From a virus (lineage: Duplodnaviria; Caudoviricetes), in IMG/VR virus record IMGVR_UViG_3300020050_009513, positions 1 through 64,000 of that record: 64,000 nt of DNA; one strand, given 5' to 3'. The notes beneath the pieces were generated by a model. It ran no database searches. It worked only from the letters and a program-made list of their open reading frames with translations, and was not told the origin of the DNA. The position numbers and the translations under genes are program-made. This document shows positions 34,497 through 43,674 of the stretch, piece by piece. The stretch's first letter is position 1, and each line of letters opens with the position of its first letter.

Positions 34497-35344
34497 TGGC
34501 TGGGCCTATTTCGTCAAAACGTGTATTTAAACTTACTGAAGACTACTTTAAAGCTATAGCTGATCGTGCGGCTAGTAGATCTCATGCAACAGCGGTTCCT
34601 ATTTTTGCAGATGATACTATAAAAAATAAAGCTAAAGAAATGATGAGTGAGGAGACTGTTACTAGAATCAATCCTACCACACAGGAAAAAGAATACCTTC
34701 TATTTAGAGGACCTTCTGAAAAAGATATTACCAATCATATGAAAGATGGTAAATTTATTAGTCAACAAGCCTCCAGTTGGACAACTAGACCGGATACTGC
34801 TAGTGGGTATGCTAATAGTCATTCTGCTAACCTAGAGGGTACACCAATTGCAGCATGGGTACCAGAGTCCAAAGTAAAGAATTTCTTACCTGCTAATTTT
34901 GAAAAAGCTTCTGATGTTCCTGCGCATAGTGAAGTTATTGTTGATAGTGTAAATCTTCCATTTGATACTTTTAGTAACCATAGAATCGATAAAAAAATGC
35001 CATTTGATCAATCTATTGGTAAGCTATTTGGAAATCCTAAAAAGTTAGCGGCTATTGCTCCTCTGTCAATAGGATCAGAAACATTAGATGCTGCTAAAGA
35101 TTTAGCTTCTCAATACGTACAAGGTAAAGATTGGGTATCTGAAAAACTTGCACAGCAATTAAATCTCACTAAGAATTCAGAAGTAGAAAAACAAATTAAG
35201 AATGTAACTGATATTGCAGTAGATCCCACTATGTTAATTCCAGGTGTCGGTGGTATAATGACGGGTCCTGCTCTAGAAATGTTGGCAGAGTCTAATAAAA
35301 ACAGCTTTTCTAAGATAAAAAACTTATTAAGTAATAAAAAGTAA
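34496..35344 (+). CDS. ADP-ribosyltransferase-fold protein, putative head cargo
   Basis: R-S-E motifs LLFRG, ASSWTT, HSEVIV; C-terminal DPTMLIPGVGG and FSKIKNLL. Confidence 0.6.
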   Translation: MAGPISSKRVFKLTEDYFKAIADRAASRSHATAVPIFADDTIKNKAKEMMSEETVTRINPTTQEKEYLLFRGPSEKDITNHMKDGKFISQQASSWTTRPDTASGYANSHSANLEGTPIAAWVPESKVKNFLPANFEKASDVPAHSEVIVDSVNLPFDTFSNHRIDKKMPFDQSIGKLFGNPKKLAAIAPLSIGSETLDAAKDLASQYVQGKDWVSEKLAQQLNLTKNSEVEKQIKNVTDIAVDPTMLIPGVGGIMTGPALEMLAESNKNSFSKIKNLLSNKK

Positions 35345-35439
35345 ATCTAACATATATTATTATAAGGCTTACCCATACCGGATGGCCACTTAAACTCGCT
35401 ACCCTGTCTAAGTACAGGATGTGACACAAGGAGAATAGT

Positions 35440-36405
35440 ATGTCTGACTCTGCTGCTGCAGCCGCTAGTGCTGCGCCCGCTTCCACTGGTGCCGAATCTA
35501 CCGGCGCTGAATCCCAAGAACTTGCTGCTGAAGGTACTGAAGGCATTATTGAAGATGACGCTTCAGATGTACTTGCCGAAGAAGCCAAGGCTACCGAGGA
35601 AGCCCTTAAAAACCTCAAACGCAAATATAATGTTAAGGCTAATGGGAAGTCTCGCGAAATCGAGCTTGACCTGTCTAACGATAAACAAATCCAAGAATAC
35701 CTATCTAAGGCCGCTGCAGCTGACGAGAAATTCGAAGAAGCTGCCAACATGCGTAAGGCAGTTGAAGAGCTTGTACGAGAGCTGAAAAGCAATCCTAAGG
35801 CTATTCTGAGCCACCCTTCGATTGGTTTAGATCTTAAGACATTTGCCCAAAGCATCATGGATCAAGAGCTGGAGGATATGTCCAAGACTCCTGAGCAGAA
35901 GCGTATTGAGGAAATGGAACAAAAGCTTAAACAATACGAAGAAGACAAGAAAAAACTGGAAGAAGAGAAAACTACGGCTGAACGGGCTCGTATTCAAGAA
36001 GAACAGTTTCAAAAGCTGGATGAACAAATCACTGATGCTCTGTCGAAATCTGAACTTCCTAAGTCTCCTTATGTACTTAAACGTATTGCTGACACTATGA
36101 TTGAGGCTGTTAATCTGGGGTATACAGACGTATCTGTTGAGCAAATTCTACCCTATGTAGAACAGCAAATCGTAGGTGAAATCAATAGGTTATTCGAAGA
36201 AGCTCCGAGCGCAACTGCAGGCAAACTTATGGAAAAGTTAGTCGGTAAAAAGAACCTAGATTCTTACCGCAAAGCTCGTGTTTCTAAAGCTAAAACCACA
36301 GCTTCTGCTTCTACAGTTAAAGATTCGGGTGCTTCCTCTAAGACTGCTGAGAAAAAAGAAGACGTTAAACCTGTCCGATTTAAGGACATGTTCGGACGTT
36401 TCTAG
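35440..36405 (+). CDS. capsid scaffolding protein
   Basis: Acidic N-terminus, long coiled coil, basic tail; directly upstream of major capsid. Confidence 0.8.
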   Translation: MSDSAAAAASAAPASTGAESTGAESQELAAEGTEGIIEDDASDVLAEEAKATEEALKNLKRKYNVKANGKSREIELDLSNDKQIQEYLSKAAAADEKFEEAANMRKAVEELVRELKSNPKAILSHPSIGLDLKTFAQSIMDQELEDMSKTPEQKRIEEMEQKLKQYEEDKKKLEEEKTTAERARIQEEQFQKLDEQITDALSKSELPKSPYVLKRIADTMIEAVNLGYTDVSVEQILPYVEQQIVGEINRLFEEAPSATAGKLMEKLVGKKNLDSYRKARVSKAKTTASASTVKDSGASSKTAEKKEDVKPVRFKDMFGRF

Positions 36406-36571
36406 AACGTTAACATATAGTTATAGGACTAGTAGAGTAGTGTAACGGATCGGTTGGTAAGCTTCGCGCCCTAACGGTACCCGGAAATGAAAGCGGCCTA
36501 TCATGACAACAGGTGTATTTTTAATAAACAAAGTCCTCTAGCTAAGGCAGAGGCAACAAGGAGAATTTGAA

Positions 36572-37825
36572 ATGGCTGAATACGGTGGCGCGAATAACAT
36601 GGCAACCCTGAACGGGTTGTTTAAAGAACGCTATGCTGATAAAATGGAGCGTCTGATTCCTGATGGAAAGAAGCTCTTGAATGAAATCCCCTTCATCTCG
36701 AAGGACAAACAACCCGGTAATGCTTATCACCAGCCCGTAGTTTTGGGTATGGAACATGGTGTTACTTTTGCTGATGACACCGAAGGTGCATTTGAGTTGG
36801 CAGCTCCTATCGCTGGTCAAATCAAAGATGCAGTTGTCAAAGGTTACCAATTGGTTCTGCGTTCGGTTCTGTCATACAGTGCCGCTTCGCGCGCAATGGG
36901 TCCTGGCGATCGCGCTTTCGAAGATTCGACTAAGTTCTTGGTTGGAAACATGCTGGATTCTATTTCGAAGAAACTCGAAATCGAACTTCTGTATGGTCAA
37001 ATGGGTTACGCTGTAGTTACCAATGCTGAAGCTGCTGCTGCTGGCGTTGTTATCGAACTGAACGCTGCTGACTTTGCTCCCGGTATCTGGGCTGGTGCTG
37101 AAGGTATGAAACTGGACGTTGTACGTACTGGTGCCTTGGTTCCCACTCTGTCGGGTGTCAATGCTATCACCGTTTCTTCAGTTGATTTGACTGCTCGTAC
37201 CATTACTGCGGATCTCCCGGCTGCTTTGGTTGCTGGCGATGTTCTGTATCACAAAGGTGCTTTCGGTAAAGAATTTGCTGGTATCCACAAAATCCTGACC
37301 AACACTGGTACTCTGTTCGGTATCTCGGCTGCTACCTACACTCTGTGGAAAGGTTCGGCTTTTGCTCCCGCAGTTACTTCGGTATTGTCGTTTGCTATCA
37401 TGCAGCAAGCTATCAGCCAAGGTGTTGCTAAGGGTCTGGACACTGACGTAATGGTCATGGTTAACCCCGGTCACTGGGACGATTTGCTCACTGAGCAAGC
37501 TGCTCTGCGCATGTACGATTCTTCGTACAAGTCGGACACTGCTGAAAGCGGATCGAAGTCGATCAAATTCCATAGCCAAAACGGTATGGTTGAGATCACT
37601 CCCTCGATTTACGTTAAAGAAGGCTACGCTTACGTACTCTGCGTTGAAGACTGGGTTCGTGTCGGTTCGACCGATATCACCTTCAAACGTCCGGGTCAAG
37701 GCGATAACTTCTTCCGTGAACTGGAAGACCACGCTGGTTTCGAACTGCGTTGTTACACTGACCAGGCGATCTTCTGTAGTAAGCCCGGGCGCTCGATAAT
37801 CATTTCTAACTTGAAAGTATCGTAA
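36572..37825 (+). CDS. major capsid protein
   Basis: 417 aa after scaffold; strongly biased codon usage; AAGGAG RBS; followed by terminator. Confidence 0.85.
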   Translation: MAEYGGANNMATLNGLFKERYADKMERLIPDGKKLLNEIPFISKDKQPGNAYHQPVVLGMEHGVTFADDTEGAFELAAPIAGQIKDAVVKGYQLVLRSVLSYSAASRAMGPGDRAFEDSTKFLVGNMLDSISKKLEIELLYGQMGYAVVTNAEAAAAGVVIELNAADFAPGIWAGAEGMKLDVVRTGALVPTLSGVNAITVSSVDLTARTITADLPAALVAGDVLYHKGAFGKEFAGIHKILTNTGTLFGISAATYTLWKGSAFAPAVTSVLSFAIMQQAISQGVAKGLDTDVMVMVNPGHWDDLLTEQAALRMYDSSYKSDTAESGSKSIKFHSQNGMVEITPSIYVKEGYAYVLCVEDWVRVGSTDITFKRPGQGDNFFRELEDHAGFELRCYTDQAIFCSKPGRSIIISNLKVS

Positions 37826-37856
37826 TTCTACGGTATAATTACAAGTAAAGTTGTGG

Positions 37857-37885
37857 GCCGGGGGTGCAATGCTCCCGGCTTTTTT
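37857..37885 (+). terminator. rho-independent terminator after major capsid
   Basis: GCCGGG-loop-CCCGGC followed by T6. Confidence 0.9.
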
Positions 37886-38564
37886 ATTTTACAAATCTAT
37901 TTTTCTTCCAGTTGTCCTTGGCCCACAGAGGTTGAAGATTAGTATAGTGTGTAGCTTTTAGAAACTGCTGTCTATTTGTTAAATCAAAGCTAGATAATGG
38001 AATAATATGATCAATATGCCAACCAGTTAAGTTATGATTTTCCCAAGTCATTCCGGGCTGCCATTTTGATTCTATATACAATTTAAATTGCTCTATAGAA
38101 CAGCCTAGATCGGCAACAGCAGATCCTTTTTTTGTATTATTTTTTATACAGTTAGCAATGCGTGCTCTAAGTAAAGCTTTAAGTCTATATTGTAAATCAG
38201 TTTTCTTTTTGTCTACGTGGTATCGACTACGTCGAGCTTTTACTTCAGGACGCGAATGATACTCTTTCTTTTGTGCGGCAATATGCTCAGCATTATCATC
38301 CCTATACTTAGCCTTACGCTGAGCTATCTTTTCTGCATTCTTTTTATCATACTCTTTACTACGAGTACGTACCGCATCTCTGTTTGCCTGCTTGTAGGCA
38401 TTTGTTTTAGCTTTAATCTCTTCTTTGTTCTCTTGATATTTAGCTGCAGATTTGGTTTTACGACAAGGCTTGCATAGGCTATCAACACCAAAAGCCCCCA
38501 TAGCTTTCTTATGAAAAGCTTCGAGAGGCAGAGATTGTTTACAGCACCTGCATACCTTGGTCAT
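37884..38564 (-). mobile_element. free-standing HNH homing endonuclease
   Basis: CRCC..CKPC Zn motif; GMTWEN..WHIDHIIPLS..YTNLQPLWAKDN; antisense inside the structural operon. Confidence 0.85.
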
Positions 38565-38800
38565 TATTTTAAATATTTCCTAAGTCTATCTAGACAAGCT
38601 TTTCCGTCTGTATTGGCAGTAATGTGCCCTCCAAGTTGGGCATATAAAACTGTCTCTACGTCCTGCAATAATTTATTATAATCCTTTAAAGAAACTACAG
38701 CTTCAAATTGTCTTTCCGGAAAGTTCTTTGTATACTCAGGTTCACAGATAATATCACAATCAGTGTGTAGCCCTTCTTGGGAAATGTATAGTATTTTCAT
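38564..38800 (-). CDS. hypothetical protein
   Basis: ORF track. Confidence 0.55.
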   Translation of the reverse strand: MKILYISQEGLHTDCDIICEPEYTKNFPERQFEAVVSLKDYNKLLQDVETVLYAQLGGHITANTDGKACLDRLRKYLK

Positions 38801-39324
38801 ATTTTATTTACTTCACTAGCTTCAAATAGAGGGGTAATTTCAAACTCTTTCTCCGTAATATAAAAAGAAATGGGACCAGCAGGCCCGGAGATTTGAATAC
38901 TTTGATATCCATTACTAGTCCAAATAGGAGCGTATCCTCCGTATTTATATCGATTATTTAGTTCATCTCGCAATGAATAATAAATGCTTACAGACACGGC
39001 AAATTTAGTAACATGCCGATTGTATGTTACATGGTGAGTACATTGATTAAAAATATAATTAATTACGCCATCATATAAAGTAATTCTTTTACTGGTAATT
39101 GTATTATTTATAAGTGGAGGCACTTCCTCCATGTATTGATAGGCAACTGGAGGAGGACTTGAGTATACAGGTATAGTCTCATATCTACCGTTGGGATATA
39201 CACCCGGCAAACTATTAGGTGCGGGAGGAGGAGTGGCAGCAGGCCACGCATTGAGCATTAGTGCAATTTCATCCGCATCCATAGGAGTACCATCAGGCAA
39301 TAGAAAATCTGTAGGTTTAAACAT
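38797..39324 (-). CDS. hypothetical protein, Pro-rich N-terminal part
   Basis: ORF track. Confidence 0.6.
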   Translation of the reverse strand: MFKPTDFLLPDGTPMDADEIALMLNAWPAATPPPAPNSLPGVYPNGRYETIPVYSSPPPVAYQYMEEVPPLINNTITSKRITLYDGVINYIFNQCTHHVTYNRHVTKFAVSVSIYYSLRDELNNRYKYGGYAPIWTSNGYQSIQISGPAGPISFYITEKEFEITPLFEASEVNKI

Positions 39325-39670
39325 CGATTTGAGCCTTAAAGGAATCTACAATGCCCTTAAAAATATAATCTTTAATACGTTGTTCCTTTGGTAGAAATGA
39401 ATAGTGCCCAATACAGGGGTGTGTTTTAGCAACAGGATCTTTTACTGCTCCCCAAATCCAACCGTCTTCAATTTTTTTAGCACACCACATAAGATGTGAT
39501 TGTTCAGGGCTTAGGTTTTCTTTTAAATGACCCTCTACGCCGGATATGGCAGACTCTTTCTGCCAAGTCGGGGCATTTTCCCAATTAGGTTGACTAAAAT
39601 CTCCAATAGCTTCACAATAAGCCTTGTTAGCCTCATGGCAAATTTTGGCAATAGATTCAGTAGAAATCAT
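39317..39670 (-). CDS. RyR (ryanodine-receptor repeat) domain protein
   Basis: IAKICHEANKAYC...W...PEQSH..W...K..GW.WG..KD..AKTHPC..Y..LP.EQR.KD; start reassigned to MISTES after AGGAG, since the longer track ORF runs into the ncRNA. Confidence 0.75.
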   Translation of the reverse strand: MISTESIAKICHEANKAYCEAIGDFSQPNWENAPTWQKESAISGVEGHLKENLSPEQSHLMWCAKKIEDGWIWGAVKDPVAKTHPCIGHYSFLPKEQRIKDYIFKGIVDSFKAQIDV

Positions 39671-39774
39671 AAATACTCCTAAAATCCGGTTCTTGTTTGG
39701 TGGAAAACCGGCAAGCCCTTGTGTTTTTATCGTGTCTCTCCAGAACACGCCCTTTGTCATTCCTAAGGGAGGAA

Positions 39775-39988
39775 GGTGAAACGGGAGGTGCGCTACTACC
39801 TCTATCTTGTACTTCGAATCTGGCGGGTTCCCATGGTGCCCGACCACCTAGATTATGAATATAGGAAAGTTACTCCTACATATCAGCCTCTAGCGTCATC
39901 CCAGTGCGTGTCTCCAGAACCGACTATCCTGCCCACCTCGCGGTTTAAACAATGCAGGGTCCACCTCATCTACCACGCCGCTCGTTTC
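39775..39988 (-). ncRNA. tRNA-shaped structured ncRNA, copy B
   Basis: Terminal stem GAAACG(A)G/CCGUUUC then ACC; GCGUG/CACGC; hairpin GAGGU-AGUAGCGC-ACCUC; 12-nt identity CTGGAGACACGC with copy A. Confidence 0.75.
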
Positions 39989-40023
39989 AATATAACAGTA
40001 ACATATTCATGTATGGAGGTCAA

Positions 40024-40404
40024 GTGATTTCTAGGGCTGAAGTTCTTATGGGCCGTGATAAAGACTATCCGTTGGATAAAGAGCAAGAAGCAAACCTTGC
40101 AATCCTGCTGGAACGTGTTAATAAGCTTAGGGCTCTATATAACAAACCAATGACTGTCACTAGCGGGTACCGCCCTGCTGCTATCAATGCCGGCGTAGCT
40201 GGTGCTGCTAAGCGTTCTAATCACATTCTGTGTGCTGCCTGTGACTTTAGGGACAGTGATGGTGCTATCGACGCCTGGTGCCTAACTAACCTAGATAAGC
40301 TGGCAGAAATCGGCTTATGGCTGGAATCTCCTGACCATACGCCTAATTGGTGTCATGTGCAGATCTTTCCTCCCAAGTCAGGTAATCGGGTATTTAAACC
40401 TTAG
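40024..40404 (+). CDS. endolysin, peptidase M15 family
   Basis: VTSGYRP..N..V.GA..SNH..C.A.D ... WCHVQ; GTG start after GGAGG. Confidence 0.85.
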   Translation: MISRAEVLMGRDKDYPLDKEQEANLAILLERVNKLRALYNKPMTVTSGYRPAAINAGVAGAAKRSNHILCAACDFRDSDGAIDAWCLTNLDKLAEIGLWLESPDHTPNWCHVQIFPPKSGNRVFKP

Positions 40405-41063
40405 TCAATATAGCGAAAGACCAATCCTTTCAAAGACTTCATCTTTCCACGACATACTGCAGAGATACTACTTCGGTCGCAATTAAGTTCTGCTGCGGCA
40501 TCCTGAATACAATCATAGGTTTTACCATTAGTTTCACAGTAGACTTTACGACGAGTGGGTGAAGGTTTACCCCAGAATTTGCTTTTCTCTCCGGACCAAA
40601 GCTGAGAAAGGTGAACTTTTTCCTCAGCAGTACGAGGGCGAAGTTTTTTTCCGGTCATGGCTTTTCGTTTAGCTTCAATTTGCTCTGGAGACTGTTTGTG
40701 TCCTAAGGTATGTTTATTTCCTAAAAGAGCCTTACTAATTTTATTACGAGTTTCAATTGTAATCTCAAAAACCCCCCCTCCATACGATTTATTATATCCA
40801 TATATAGGATCAATACTCTTATAATTGCGAATAAATTCTTGTTCTTTACGATTAAGCTCTTCTAGAGATTCTGCGGCGGCAATACGTTCAAATAAAAAAC
40901 TATCTTCTCCATATTTAATCCAAGCTCTCTGTAGATGTTCATTAAAATGAGTACCTTTTCTCAGATAATATCGATGATTAGCCCAGCGACGAGCTAATGT
41001 AGAAGAGGTTTGTCCAATATAAACTTTATTATTGATTTGATTTGTAATTTTGTAAATAAACAT
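40401..41063 (-). mobile_element. GIY-YIG homing endonuclease with NUMOD3/NUMOD1-type modules
   Basis: FIYKITN..NNKVYIGQT; GYN..GG; C-terminal DAAAELNCDRSSISAVCRGK. Confidence 0.9.
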
Positions 41064-41072
41064 AACTACCTA

Positions 41073-41101
41073 ACTATAGCCTAAATTTTAAGTAAAGTCA
41101 A
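41073..41101 (-). promoter_or_regulatory. sigma70-type promoter TTGACT-N17-TATAGT for the GIY-YIG gene
   Basis: Direct match; predicted +1 about 3 nt before ATG. Confidence 0.7.
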
Positions 41102-41144
41102 TGTATTTAAGTAATTAACATATTACAATAGGAGACCTAATAGA

Positions 41145-41600
41145 ATGATTCAACTTACTATTGCAGGTAACACATATGCCTACCCAAGTGCAGGTGAAGA
41201 TCCCGGCTGGGGCTCCGAAGCAACTGACTGGGCTACAGCCGTAACTGATGTATTAAATAGCTTTCTTGGTCCCGGAGATATTCTACCAACCGCATTTGAA
41301 ATTGTAGATAATACTCCGTCTCCTACTGAGGTTGTCGGCCTTACTTTTGATGGCGCACTTGTTCGTGCAGCTAATGTAACGTATGCAATTGTTCGGGGTT
41401 CTATCACTCAAACAGGTACTCTTTACCTAAGTTATAATGGCACGGCTTCTGCTGGAAACCAATGGACCTTGTCTGAACAGCTCAGCAATGATGCAGGAGT
41501 TAGATTTTCTGTCACGGATGCTGGTCAAGTACAATATATATCTTCTTCAACCGGAACAAACGGACAAATGCGTTTTTCCGCTAAAACATTGGGAACATAA
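41145..41600 (+). CDS. virion structural protein (domain shared with C-terminus of 44749-46422)
   Basis: GDI..T.F...VVGL...W.LS...V.F...GQV.Y.S...M.F.A pattern. Confidence 0.65.
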   Translation: MIQLTIAGNTYAYPSAGEDPGWGSEATDWATAVTDVLNSFLGPGDILPTAFEIVDNTPSPTEVVGLTFDGALVRAANVTYAIVRGSITQTGTLYLSYNGTASAGNQWTLSEQLSNDAGVRFSVTDAGQVQYISSSTGTNGQMRFSAKTLGT

Positions 41601-41602
41601 AA

Positions 41603-43201
41603 ATGGCTATTTCTTTAACTAAGTGGATCAAGTCGCTCGTCGTCAGTCAAGAAGGCACGACTACCCCTAATGAAATTGAGCTTACTCCTGGCGGATCAGC
41701 TAGTACTAAGACTACTATTACTGGTGCACAAACTTCCAATGTAACTGTGACTATGCCTAATGCCACAGATACCCTGGTTGGTCGGGCTACTACCGATACT
41801 TTGTCAAATAAGACTCTAGATGTCTCTACTATTGCCAATCTACGCGATGACCGTCTTTCTATTCAGGATAATGCTGATGTATCTAAGCAGCTTCGCTTTG
41901 ACTCCTCGGCTATTACTACTGGTACTACTCGTACTCTCACTGCTCCTGATGCTAATACTACTATTGTTGGTACAGATGCTACTCAAACTCTCACCAATAA
42001 AACTCTCACCTCTCCCGTTATCAATTCACCTACTGGAATAACCAAATCAGACGTCGGTCTTGGGAACGTCGATAATACTTCAGATGCGACTAAAAACTCG
42101 GCTGCAGTCAGTTTAACGAATAAAACAATTGATGCAGATCTAAACACGATTACAAATATCGAGAATGCAGATATCAAGGTCAGCGCTGCGATTGACTATT
42201 CAAAACTTGCATCTTTGACTCCATCAAGAGTCCTGGTTTCAGAAGGTTCGGGTTTTGTTTCGGCGTCTTCTGTCACCTCGACAACGCTCGGATATGTTGA
42301 CGCGACAAGCTCAATCCAAACTCAACTCAACGCAAAGGCTGCAACCTCTGCAGTAGTTCTAAAGACTGACTATACGGCTAAAGGTGCAATTCTCGCAGCA
42401 AGTGCCGCTTCGACTCCAACCGACCTTCCTGTTGGGGCGGATGGTACGGTTCTCACTGCAAGTTCCGGTCAAACAACTGGGCTCATCTGGGCAACTCCGA
42501 CTGATCCCGCGCTAAATATTACTGCGCAAACTTCGACCTATTCTGCCGCAATAGGAGACTACGTTTTGGCGAGCGGTTCTGCCTTTACGGTCACTCTACC
42601 TACTGCAGTCGGAGTTAGTGGAAAGGCAATTCGGATTAAAAAGACCGATTCAAGCCTTTCAAATATCATCACGATTGCTACAACGTCCGCCCAGACGATT
42701 GACGGTTTCTCGACTCGGAAACTTGCGACGCAAAACGAATCAATCACGCTCTATTCTGATGGCGCAAACTGGCAGATCACCGAACGTCGGATTCCGTCAT
42801 ATTGGATCTCTCAAACTGCCACAGGTTCTTGGAATACCAATACAACATATACCATGCGTATGCGTAGGGTGGGTGATACCGCGGAATTTGATCTCACGGT
42901 TGCAACTACAGGTGCGCCCAACAATACCGCGCTTACGGTCAATCTGCCCATCACTATTGATACAGCCAAGATGTCGGCTTTTGGAGATTTCGAAAATTTT
43001 GGTGTGGTAAACATCCGAGATTCCGGTGTCGCAATCTATGTTGGTAAGGTCAGCTATAGCTCTACGACTGCAATTACAATCTCATCGATCAACTCCACGC
43101 CTGCATTATTGGCATTCAGTGCATCAAATCCAATGGTCTGGGCGAATGGTGACCACGTTCACGCGATCTTTCGAGTTCCCGTAGTAGATTGGGAAGGGTA
43201 G
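41603..43201 (+). CDS. tail fibre/spike protein
   Basis: Repeated T[DQ]TL[ST]NKT[LI] shaft motifs, GADGTVLTA, beta-rich C-terminal domains. Confidence 0.75.
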   Translation: MAISLTKWIKSLVVSQEGTTTPNEIELTPGGSASTKTTITGAQTSNVTVTMPNATDTLVGRATTDTLSNKTLDVSTIANLRDDRLSIQDNADVSKQLRFDSSAITTGTTRTLTAPDANTTIVGTDATQTLTNKTLTSPVINSPTGITKSDVGLGNVDNTSDATKNSAAVSLTNKTIDADLNTITNIENADIKVSAAIDYSKLASLTPSRVLVSEGSGFVSASSVTSTTLGYVDATSSIQTQLNAKAATSAVVLKTDYTAKGAILAASAASTPTDLPVGADGTVLTASSGQTTGLIWATPTDPALNITAQTSTYSAAIGDYVLASGSAFTVTLPTAVGVSGKAIRIKKTDSSLSNIITIATTSAQTIDGFSTRKLATQNESITLYSDGANWQITERRIPSYWISQTATGSWNTNTTYTMRMRRVGDTAEFDLTVATTGAPNNTALTVNLPITIDTAKMSAFGDFENFGVVNIRDSGVAIYVGKVSYSSTTAITISSINSTPALLAFSASNPMVWANGDHVHAIFRVPVVDWEG

Positions 43202-43272
43202 CGTGACTAATCTCATCGGGGACTTCGCGCCTCTCTTTGGCAATGTATCTGTATTTATAGAGTTGGAAATTA

Positions 43273-43674
43273 ATGACTAAAATCGCTACACTTCTTAGAC
43301 TTCTGCAATTGTTTGCCCACAATGCACATAATATGGCGAGTGGGCCTACATTTTTTGCAGACCATGATCACCTAGGAAGTCTGTATCCTCAATATGAGGA
43401 ACAGTATGATAGCGTTATTGAGCGTATGCTAGGCCTGGATGAGCAACCTAATCTAGTAGAAATCACTCTACAGGCAGCACAAGGAAGTTCGGCAATGACA
43501 CTTGAGATGCCCTTTCAAGAACTAGTAGAAGCTGAATCTTTGTTAAGAGAAGAAATTGCTATCTACTTGGCCACTGCTCAGTGCACTGAGGGAACAAAAC
43601 AATTACTTGGTGAAATCTCTAACCAAAGTGAAATGCGTCAATACAAACTAAGACAGAGGATTAAAAATGGCTAA
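43273..43674 (+). CDS. ferritin/Dps-like four-helix protein (DUF5856-like)
   Basis: AHNAHN..SG..FFADH..LG.LY...E..YD.VIER..G. Confidence 0.65.
   Translation: MTKIATLLRLLQLFAHNAHNMASGPTFFADHDHLGSLYPQYEEQYDSVIERMLGLDEQPNLVEITLQAAQGSSAMTLEMPFQELVEAESLLREEIAIYLATAQCTEGTKQLLGEISNQSEMRQYKLRQRIKNG

Noticed and set aside
39697-39750. Mini GCGUG-UUCUGGAGA-GACACG hairpin and a UUCCACCA end just downstream of ncRNA B
   Set aside because: Only a 4-bp possible acceptor and no T-arm; may be a degenerate duplication but cannot be supported
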